This document shows positions 56,515-64,000 of a stretch of DNA of 64,000 nucleotides, one piece after another. Position numbers and translations under genes: made by a program. Below the pieces are notes generated by a model. That model was not told where the DNA came from. It saw nothing but the letters and a program-made list of their open reading frames with translations, and made no database searches. The stretch is from contig CAJXLF010000014.1 of assembly GCA_913055805.1 (NCBI GenBank), positions 2,326 to 66,325 on the forward strand, read 5' to 3'. The stretch is from an uncultured Salinisphaerales bacterium. Its GTDB lineage: Bacteria; Pseudomonadota; Gammaproteobacteria; Nevskiales; CAJXLF01. Within the stretch, counting starts at the first letter, position 1. Each line of letters opens with the position of its first letter.

Positions 56515-56616
56515 ATACTCATTTAAATTTCTTTTAAAAACAACAGTTTAAACTTTATATTCCGCCCTGGTTTGCTATACTTTGCAGGTATCCAAAAACA
56601 TCTGACGGAGTTGATC

Positions 56617-57096
56617 ATGAAGGGTGACCCCAAAGTCATCGAGTACCTGAATAAGGGTCTGAAAGCCGAGCTGACAGCCATTAACCAGTATTTTCTGCAT
56701 GCCCGCATGTATAACAACTGGGGGCTGGACAAACTGGGCGCAAAAGAATACGAAGAATCCATCGACGAAATGAAGCATGCGGACAAGCTGATTGAGCGAA
56801 TCCTGCTGCTGGAGGGCCTGCCCAATGTTCAGGATTTGGGCAAGGTCATGATTGGCGAGGATGTGCCGGAGATGCTCAAGTGTGACCTGGATCTCGAATA
56901 TCAGGCACACCCGCTCTACAAGGAAGCGATTGGTTACTGCGAGTCAGTGGGCGACTATGTCAGCCGGGAGCTGTTCGTGGACATCCAGGAAAGCGAGGAA
57001 GAGCATATCGACTGGCTGGAAACCCAGCTGGAACTGATCGAGAAGGTCGGCTTGCAGAATTATCTGCAATCCCAGATGAAGCCCGCCGAAGACTGA
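56617..57096 (+). CDS. bfr: Bacterioferritin
   Basis: [36 protein letters not shown]...IDEMKHAD includes the heme-ligand Met. ACGGAG SD. Confidence 0.95.
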   Translation: MKGDPKVIEYLNKGLKAELTAINQYFLHARMYNNWGLDKLGAKEYEESIDEMKHADKLIERILLLEGLPNVQDLGKVMIGEDVPEMLKCDLDLEYQAHPLYKEAIGYCESVGDYVSRELFVDIQESEEEHIDWLETQLELIEKVGLQNYLQSQMKPAED

Positions 57097-57123
57097 GTAT
57101 AAGAAGGCTGGAGAAGAAGAGCG

Positions 57124-57156
57124 GCCCCCGAGCGACTGGCTCGGGGGCTTTTTTAT
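57124..57156 (+). terminator. Rho-independent terminator after bfr
   Basis: GCCCCCGAGC-gactg-GCTCGGGGGC followed by TTTTTTATTT. Confidence 0.8.
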
Positions 57157-57164
57157 TTGCGTCT

Positions 57165-57587
57165 TCAGAAAGGTTTGACAATAGCCAGAATCACAATGCT
57201 TATCAGCAATACCGAAGGTACTTCGTTGAAGAAGCGGTAATAGCGGCTGCTGCGGGTGTTGCGATCATCACGGAATCGGCGCACGTAGCGACCGCAGACA
57301 TGATGGTATACAAACAGCACGGCAACCAACATGAGTTTGGCATGCAGCCAGCCCTGACCGTGGTAGGCTTGCCAGGCGTAGCTGAGCAGAAGCCAGACGC
57401 CGAAAAGCAGGGTGAGCGCGGCACCGATATTGGTCATGATCAGCAGGCGCCGCTCCATGATTTTGAATCTTTCAATGCTCGTGCTGTCAGTGGCATCAGC
57501 GTGGTAAACAAACAGCCGTGGTAGGTAAAAAAGTCCTGCAAACCAGGTGACCATGAACACAATGTGGAAGGCTTTGATCCATAACAT
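57165..57587 (-). CDS. hemJ: Protoporphyrinogen IX oxidase HemJ (UPF0093/CopD-like)
   Basis: MLWIKAFHIVFMVTWFAGLFYLPRLFVYH..., 140 aa with 4 TM helices. GGAG SD upstream of ATG 57587. The track extension to 58043 is antisense to argC. Confidence 0.8.
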   Translation of the reverse strand: MLWIKAFHIVFMVTWFAGLFYLPRLFVYHADATDSTSIERFKIMERRLLIMTNIGAALTLLFGVWLLLSYAWQAYHGQGWLHAKLMLVAVLFVYHHVCGRYVRRFRDDRNTRSSRYYRFFNEVPSVLLISIVILAIVKPF

Positions 57588-57692
57588 GGCGTATACTCCG
57601 CGCCCTGACAATTCAGGCGGCATCATACCGTAGTAGCGTGATTGCCGGGTGTTGAAAACCTTGAAATAGCAAGCAGGTGGAAGCTGTAAGAC

Positions 57693-58733
57693 ATGATTAG
57701 GGTGGGCATTGTCGGAGCGACCGGGTACACCGGTGTGGAACTGTTGCGCCTGCTGGCGGGGCACCCCGAGACGGAGGTGGTTGCCATCACTTCGCGACAG
57801 GAAGCCGGACAGCGCGTGGACGCCATGTTTCCGAACCTGCGCGGTCATGTAGAACTCGAGTTCACCACGCCTGCCGAGGCGGATCTGACGGCCTGTGATG
57901 CAGTCTTTTTTGCGACGCCGCACGCCGCGGCCATGCATATGGTGCCGCAGCTGCTGGAAGCCGGCGTGCGGGTGATCGACCTGTCGGCGGATTTCCGCCT
58001 CAAGGACGCTGAAGTCTGGGCGCAATGGTACGGCGAAAGCCATGCCTGTCCCGAGTTGCTGCCCGAGGCCGTGTACGGCTTGCCGGAAATGTCACGCGAA
58101 GCCATTCGTGAAGCCCGACTGCTGGCCTGTCCGGGCTGTTATCCCACAGCTATTCAACTCGGCTTTCTGCCTTTGCTGGAAGCCGGCCTGGTGGATACCT
58201 CCCGTTTGATTGCCGACGCCAAGTCCGGTATCAGTGGCGCCGGGCGCAGTCTCAAGGTGGGTAGCCTGTTGGGTGAGGCCGCTGACAACTTCAAGGCCTA
58301 CGCGATTGGTGGGCATCGCCATGTGCCTGAAATACGGCAGCAGCTGAATGCCGCCGCCGGGGAAGCTGTGGGCGTGACATTTATTCCGCATCTGGTGCCC
58401 ATGATCCGGGGTATTGAAGCTACGCTATACGCGGAACTCAAGGAAGTCGCCGGCGATTTGCAGACACTGTTTGAGCAGCGTTACGCGAACGAGCCTTTCG
58501 TGGACGTCATGCCACCCGGAAGTCACCCGGAAACACGGAGTGTGCGCGGCAATAATACCTGCAGGATAGCGGTGCATACCCTGCCGGCGGACCTGGCACC
58601 CGGACGTGTCGTGGTCTCCAGCGTGGTCGATAACCTTACCAAGGGCGCGGCTGGGCAGGCTGTGCAATGTTTTAATCTCATGTTCGGGTTTGACGAGACA
58701 CTTGCCCTGCAGTCGCCGGCCCTGTTGCCCTGA
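57693..58733 (+). CDS. argC: N-acetyl-gamma-glutamyl-phosphate reductase
   Basis: [11 protein letters not shown]ossmann motif and catalytic ACPGCYPTA. Confidence 0.95.
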   Translation: MIRVGIVGATGYTGVELLRLLAGHPETEVVAITSRQEAGQRVDAMFPNLRGHVELEFTTPAEADLTACDAVFFATPHAAAMHMVPQLLEAGVRVIDLSADFRLKDAEVWAQWYGESHACPELLPEAVYGLPEMSREAIREARLLACPGCYPTAIQLGFLPLLEAGLVDTSRLIADAKSGISGAGRSLKVGSLLGEAADNFKAYAIGGHRHVPEIRQQLNAAAGEAVGVTFIPHLVPMIRGIEATLYAELKEVAGDLQTLFEQRYANEPFVDVMPPGSHPETRSVRGNNTCRIAVHTLPADLAPGRVVVSSVVDNLTKGAAGQAVQCFNLMFGFDETLALQSPALLP

Positions 58734-59482
58734 TGGCTACCAAAAGACTGGTTGTTACTGAGCACGCACCCTGGCGGCAATGGGTCTGGGTTGCCGCGCT
58801 GGCCACGGTTTTCGGAGTAGGCAGTTACGCGCTGTATTCCTATGCAGTTTCGAGGTTGCCCTACGAATGGGAGCAGTTGGAAGTCGAGCGCGCAAAACTG
58901 GAGGGTGAGCGTAAGGAGCTGGCCCGCGAGATTCGCCAGCTCAAGGATGATAATCGCCATCTGGCCGAAACCATTGTTTCACTTGAGCGTGGCGTGGAAA
59001 TCGAGAAGGAATCCGCCAGGGCATTGCAGGAAACCTTGAGTGATATGCAGGCGCAGTTGGCGGCTCAGGAAGAACAACTGGCTTTTTATCGTGGTATCGT
59101 GTCGCCAGATCAATCCAGGGCCGGACTACGTATCTATGATTTCGAGGTTCGCGATGGTGGTGAGCCCGGATTGTTTATTTTTGACCTGATCCTGATTCAG
59201 GCTGTGCGTCATGACAAGAGTGTGGAAGGTGACGTTTCCGTGGAAATCCGGGGTATGCAAGGTGGGGTTGAGAAGCGTCTTTCCCTGCAGCAGGTTTCTG
59301 TAGCCCAGGACAAACGCTTGACTTTCTCCTTTCGCTACTTTCAGGATTTGAGCGGAGCGTTTAGGCTACCCAAGAGTTTTCGGCCAAGTGCCGTGCACAT
59401 CAAGGTTAACGCAAATGGCAGTGGCGCCGCTGTGGAACAGGATTTTCAATGGACTGCGGTGCGAGAGCGCACAGGAGCATAG
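58733..59482 (+). CDS. Membrane-anchored coiled-coil protein of unknown function (possibly DUF6776-like)
   Basis: One TM helix (WVWVAALATVFGVGSYALYSY), a long coiled coil and a beta-rich C-domain. The start overlaps the argC stop (TGATG). Confidence 0.5.
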   Translation: MATKRLVVTEHAPWRQWVWVAALATVFGVGSYALYSYAVSRLPYEWEQLEVERAKLEGERKELAREIRQLKDDNRHLAETIVSLERGVEIEKESARALQETLSDMQAQLAAQEEQLAFYRGIVSPDQSRAGLRIYDFEVRDGGEPGLFIFDLILIQAVRHDKSVEGDVSVEIRGMQGGVEKRLSLQQVSVAQDKRLTFSFRYFQDLSGAFRLPKSFRPSAVHIKVNANGSGAAVEQDFQWTAVRERTGA

Positions 59483-59485
59483 ATA

Positions 59486-59953
59486 ATGTGGGGTAATGAA
59501 AAGGAACGCAGCAGCAAGTCAAATGGAGCGAGTGTGGATACATTGATTGGTCGCCAGACTGAATTGCAAGGTGATATCCGCTTCTCCGGTGGCTTGCACA
59601 TCGACGGTACCGTGAAAGGCAAGATCATGGCCGACTCCGACAAGAACGCTACGCTCAGTGTGAGCGAAAGCGGGCGAATCGAAGGCGATGTGCGTGTGCC
59701 GAATCTGGTGCTCAACGGCGTTATCGAGGGTGATGTACACGCAACGCAGCGTATTACGCTTTCGGCCAACGCACGCGTGAATGGCGATGTGTATTACAAA
59801 ATTATCGAGATGAACAGTGGTGCGCTGGTAAACGGTCAGCTCGTTCATGAGAGCGCCGATCAGATGGAAGCACTGACGCATGAAAATGCAGTTTCCGAGC
59901 CGCACAAGAGCAGTCTCAGTGCTGCGCCGGAGCGCGAGGCAGAATCCGTTTGA
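59486..59953 (+). CDS. Bactofilin (polymer-forming cytoskeletal protein)
   Basis: Repetitive beta-helix pattern G.I.G....L.V...G.V.GDV (DUF583). CAGGAG SD. Confidence 0.85.
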   Translation: MWGNEKERSSKSNGASVDTLIGRQTELQGDIRFSGGLHIDGTVKGKIMADSDKNATLSVSESGRIEGDVRVPNLVLNGVIEGDVHATQRITLSANARVNGDVYYKIIEMNSGALVNGQLVHESADQMEALTHENAVSEPHKSSLSAAPEREAESV

Positions 59954-60015
59954 TCAGAGTGCCCGCGGTTGGCTTATAATGTATATCCAACCATTTAGAT
60001 TGGTTTTATGCGTTT

Positions 60016-60354
60016 ATGAGTGAAGAGCAAGCTCTGATATTTACGGATACTGCTGCCAGCAAGGTCAAAGAACTGCTGGACGAGGAAGGAAACCCTTCCC
60101 TGATGCTGCGGGTATTTGTCAGTGGTGGAGGCTGTTCGGGCTTCCAGTACGGTTTTGTATTTGACGAAAGCGAGCAGGACGGTGACACCCGTATCGAAAA
60201 GGGTGGGGTGACGTTGCTTGTCGATCCCATGAGTGTTCAATATCTGACGGGCGCCGAGATTGATTATAGTGATGGCGCTGCCGGTGCCCAGTTCGTGATT
60301 CGTAATCCCAATGCTGCCACGACCTGCGGTTGCGGCTCCTCTTTCTCAATCTGA
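60016..60354 (+). CDS. erpA: Iron-sulfur cluster insertion protein ErpA
   Basis: A-type carrier with [10 protein letters not shown] and C-terminal CGCGSSF. Confidence 0.9.
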   Translation: MSEEQALIFTDTAASKVKELLDEEGNPSLMLRVFVSGGGCSGFQYGFVFDESEQDGDTRIEKGGVTLLVDPMSVQYLTGAEIDYSDGAAGAQFVIRNPNAATTCGCGSSFSI

Positions 60355-60386
60355 GCGTTTGTCCTGGCCCGGATAGATTGAGGACA

Positions 60387-60428
60387 GACATAAAAAGCCG
60401 TGCATTAGCACGGCTTTTTTTATGTCTG
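60387..60428. terminator. Bidirectional rho-independent terminator (erpA / M23 peptidase convergent pair)
   Basis: AGACATAAAAAGCCGTGC-atta-GCACGGCTTTTTTTATGTCT. Confidence 0.8.
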
Positions 60429-60442
60429 CGGGATTTGCGGAC

Positions 60443-61828
60443 TTATTCGGAGGCGTCAGCCAGTTGAATTTCGGCGAGCGTGGCCAGTTGTGCGACCAGC
60501 GGCTGTATGCCATGCAGATAGTCTGCCCGGTATTGTCCGGGTAGTGGGTCGGCTGCCGGGATCTTCACGGTCAGTGGATTCACGTGGACATTGTTCACGC
60601 GGAATTCATAGTGCAAGTGCGGGCCGGTGGCCAGGCCGGTTGAGCCTACATAACCGATGATTTGACCTTGCTTGACGCTGCTTCCGGTGCGCAGGTCCCG
60701 GGCAAAACGCGACATATGACCGTAGAGTGTGCTGTAACGTGAGCCGTGCTTGAGAATGATGACATTGCCGTAACCCCGCTTGCGGCCGCGGAAGGCGATC
60801 TTGCCATCACCGGTGGCCTTGATGGGGGTGCCCGTCGGAGCGGCATAATCCACTCCCTTGTGTGCACGAATGCGGTTGAGAATAGGGTGACGGCGGCGCA
60901 GATTGAAATGCGAACTGATGCGGGCGAAGTCCACCGGTGTTCTCAGGAAAGCCTTGCGCATGGCATTGCCCTCGGCATCAAAGTACTGCGTAACGCCATC
61001 GTCCATTGTGTAACGGAAGGCCTGGTGTTTCTTGTGGCGATTGACGAATTCGGCCGCCAGTATGTCGCCGTTGCCGACTTTCTCGCCTTCGCAATAGATT
61101 TCTTCATAGACCACCGAAAAACGGTCGCCGGAGCGGATATCCAGGGCGAAGTCGATGTCCCAGCCAAATACTTCGGCCAGCTCCATGGCCAGTTGGTTTG
61201 TGAGCCCGGCGCGGCGGGCGGCCAGGAACAGCGAGCTGTCGATGTTGCCTGCGGCATAGGCGACGCGACGCTCTACGGGGGCTTCCAGTACGTTGCTGAT
61301 GAAGCCTTCGTCGGTTCGAATAATCTGCAATGTGCGGATTTTGCTGAGATCGTAGCGCAGTTCTGCGATATGACCACTGCCATCACGGAGTACCCGCAGT
61401 TCTTCGCCGCTGCGCATGCGGGTCAACTGCTTGGCGTCCTTGTTCAGTCGGACAATAGTCATCCAGTCTTCGGTGGGCAGGTTGTAGGTGTCAAACAGGC
61501 CGGATAGCGTATCCCCAGGCTTGACCCGTATGGTCAGCCAGTCTTCCTGTTTCTCTTCGAGTTCAGCGGTAAGGTCGGTATCGTAAGGTTGGGTATCCGC
61601 ATAGGCGGCTGCCAGTGAGGTTGGTGCGGTATCGCTGGCTGCGATATTCAGTTCCTGCTGGGTCTGGGCGATGGTGGGTTGGCGGCCTGCATCCGCATTC
61701 TCGCCAATCAGGGCGAGGGTTACACCTGCCAGGGATGCGCATAGCCCAAGCCCGAGCCAGGTCATGTGTCCACGCAGCCGGGACCGGGCCGTGGAATGCT
61801 CTGCGATATAATCGTGCCTTACGCTCAT
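60443..61828 (-). CDS. M23 family peptidoglycan DD-metalloendopeptidase (MepM/YebA-like) with OapA/LysM-like domain
   Basis: HKGVDYAAPTGTPI and GPHLHYE zinc motifs, the VKPGDTLSGLF domain, and an N-terminal TM anchor. Confidence 0.85.
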   Translation of the reverse strand: MSVRHDYIAEHSTARSRLRGHMTWLGLGLCASLAGVTLALIGENADAGRQPTIAQTQQELNIAASDTAPTSLAAAYADTQPYDTDLTAELEEKQEDWLTIRVKPGDTLSGLFDTYNLPTEDWMTIVRLNKDAKQLTRMRSGEELRVLRDGSGHIAELRYDLSKIRTLQIIRTDEGFISNVLEAPVERRVAYAAGNIDSSLFLAARRAGLTNQLAMELAEVFGWDIDFALDIRSGDRFSVVYEEIYCEGEKVGNGDILAAEFVNRHKKHQAFRYTMDDGVTQYFDAEGNAMRKAFLRTPVDFARISSHFNLRRRHPILNRIRAHKGVDYAAPTGTPIKATGDGKIAFRGRKRGYGNVIILKHGSRYSTLYGHMSRFARDLRTGSSVKQGQIIGYVGSTGLATGPHLHYEFRVNNVHVNPLTVKIPAADPLPGQYRADYLHGIQPLVAQLATLAEIQLADASE

Positions 61829-62006
61829 TAATGTCGCCTGTATGGGTTCCCCGGACAGCGGGGGAGTATTTTCCTAGCCCCTTGAGTCGCTAAATAACCA
61901 TAAAAACGAGCATTTAGCAAGCTTTTTGAGAGTAAAATCTCACTAGGCCGGGGCATGGGGCATGAGCCAGCCAGTAATAACTTTGAAATATTTGTAGGAG
62001 CTAACC

Positions 62007-63218
62007 TTGCGCAACATCGACGACGCAGTCGCCGAAATCCGCCGTGGTGCGGATGAGATTATACCCGAGAATGAGCTGAAGTCTCGTCTTGAGGCTGCGG
62101 TAAAAGAAAAACGTGGTTTACGCATCAAGGCGGGTTTTGATCCCACTGCGCCTGACCTGCACCTTGGCCACACAGTCCTGTTGAATAAGCTGAGAGTGTT
62201 TCAGGAGCTGGGTCATGAGGTAATTTTTCTGATCGGTGATTTTACCGGCATGATCGGCGACCCTACCGGCAAGAATGTCACCCGTCAGCCACTGAGTGCC
62301 GAGCAGGTGGCTGAAAATGCACGTACATATGAGGCCCAGATATATAAGGTCCTCGACCAGAGCAAAACACGCATCGAATTCAATTCCCGTTGGCTGGGAG
62401 AAATGTCGGCGGGTGACCTTATAAGTCTGGCTGGAAAACATACGGTGGCCCGTATGCTTGAGCGTGATGATTTTTCCAGGCGTTACAGTAGTGGCCAGCC
62501 GATAGCCATTCATGAGTTCCTGTACCCGCTTATTCAGGGCTACGATTCTGTGGCGCTGGAGGCCGACATCGAACTGGGTGGGACGGATCAGAAATTCAAC
62601 CTGCTGGTTGGCCGGCAATTGCAGCAAGCTTATGGGCAGACGCCGCAAATCGTGTTGACGATGCCAATCCTTGAAGGGCTGGACGGTGTGCAGAAGATGT
62701 CCAAATCCCTGAATAACTATATCGGCATCGGTGAGCCGCCTAATGAGATGTTTGGCAAGGTGATGTCAATCTCGGATGAGCTGATGTGGCGCTGGTTCGA
62801 ATTGCTCAGCTTCAGGCCCATGAACGAGATAGAAACGTATAAGGCGCAGGTAAGTCAGGGCGCCAACCCGAGAGACATCAAGTTCCTTCTGGCAAGGGAG
62901 ATAGTAGAGCGTTTTCATGACGCCACGGCTGCCGAGGGAGCGCAGCAGGCATTTGTGGCTCAATTCCAGAAAGGCGCCGTGCCGGATGATGTGCCTGAAT
63001 GCACGCTGCAGGATGCCGGCGAAGGTATTGCGCTGCCCGTCCTGATCAAACAGGCAGGGCTCACCTCAAGTACTTCCGAGGCGATGCGAATGCTCAAGCA
63101 AGGGGCTGTGAAGCTGGATGGCGAGCGCGTGGAGGACAAAAATCGCATTTTTACGGCGGGTAGCAAGCATTTGTTGCAGGTCGGAAAGCGTCGTTTTGCC
63201 CGTGTTTGCGTGGTTTGA
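62007..63218 (+). CDS. tyrS: Tyrosine-tRNA ligase
   Basis: HIGH-type motif (DLHLGH), KMSKS, and a C-terminal S4-like domain. TTG start at 62007 lies 6 nt after AGGAG. Confidence 0.9.
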   Translation: MRNIDDAVAEIRRGADEIIPENELKSRLEAAVKEKRGLRIKAGFDPTAPDLHLGHTVLLNKLRVFQELGHEVIFLIGDFTGMIGDPTGKNVTRQPLSAEQVAENARTYEAQIYKVLDQSKTRIEFNSRWLGEMSAGDLISLAGKHTVARMLERDDFSRRYSSGQPIAIHEFLYPLIQGYDSVALEADIELGGTDQKFNLLVGRQLQQAYGQTPQIVLTMPILEGLDGVQKMSKSLNNYIGIGEPPNEMFGKVMSISDELMWRWFELLSFRPMNEIETYKAQVSQGANPRDIKFLLAREIVERFHDATAAEGAQQAFVAQFQKGAVPDDVPECTLQDAGEGIALPVLIKQAGLTSSTSEAMRMLKQGAVKLDGERVEDKNRIFTAGSKHLLQVGKRRFARVCVV

Positions 63219-63242
63219 TGCCGCTGTGCCGGGAAAGTGTGA

Positions 63243-63299
63243 ACTTTTTTTTGCGAAACTGTTGACACTCTCTCGCGCACCCCTATAATACGCGCCTCC
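63243..63299 (+). promoter_or_regulatory. rrn P1-type promoter (UP element, -35, -10, GC discriminator)
   Basis: T-rich UP-like tract 63245-52, TTGACA 63262-67, 16-nt spacer, TATAAT 63284-89, then the GC-rich ACGCGCCTCCC. Confidence 0.8.
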
Positions 63300-63311
63300 C
63301 AACACGGGACA

Positions 63312-63324
63312 CGTTCTTTAACAA
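63312..63324 (+). promoter_or_regulatory. rrn leader boxA antitermination element
   Basis: CGTTCTTTAACAA compared with boxA consensus TGCTCTTTAACAA. Confidence 0.6.
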
Positions 63325-63484
63325 AGCAAGCAAGTGATTTGTGTGGGTGCTCCTGAAGTATGGTGAAAGCCATATATTTAAGGGCATCAAACATAGCCAA
63401 CGTGCTATGGAGATAGCTCTTTCGGCAGACGTTTTCACCTTGTTTATATAAGGAGTTAACCGAAGCCGATCCAGTTTGAAGTTT

Positions 63485-64000
<516 letters not shown>

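Overview
This 64-kb window is mostly GC-rich core chromosome from a gammaproteobacterium. A partial 16S rRNA gene runs from ~63485 to the window end. Gene order resembles Pseudomonas-like and marine gammaproteobacterial genomes: lptD-surA-pdxA-rsmA-apaH, amgK-murU, hemJ/argC...erpA-M23 peptidase-tyrS-rrn. I support about 58 protein genes, plus terminators, two sigma54 promoters, a near-consensus rrn promoter with boxA, one REP-like element and several Fur-box-like operators. No CRISPR array, transposase, integrase or prophage gene is visible.

Four regions look non-routine:
1. nt 1-7800: an AT-rich sugar-gene island is inserted right after two tandem sigma54-driven type IV pilin genes. It encodes two paralogous GT-C/TPR (TMTC/PMT-like) membrane proteins and a polyprenyl-phosphate GT2. 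I read this as a candidate pilin O-glycosylation module of a type I do not recognise as described.
2. nt 55760-56620: an iron-regulation hub holds four copies of a Fur-box-like operator. An orphan Fur-box promoter plus a strong terminator brackets a ~100-nt candidate Fur-regulated sRNA, next to bfd-bfr.
3. nt 53093-55761: a Fur-boxed porin / FMN-binding (flavinylation motif) / PepSY-TM module looks like an extracytosolic ferric-reductase system.
4. nt 19002-24761: a DUF1302 / Ycf48-like / RND cluster lacks its usual DUF1329 partner.

All functional calls rest on motif recognition by eye. No database search was run. The many long ORFs antisense to GC-rich genes in the track are treated as artefacts.
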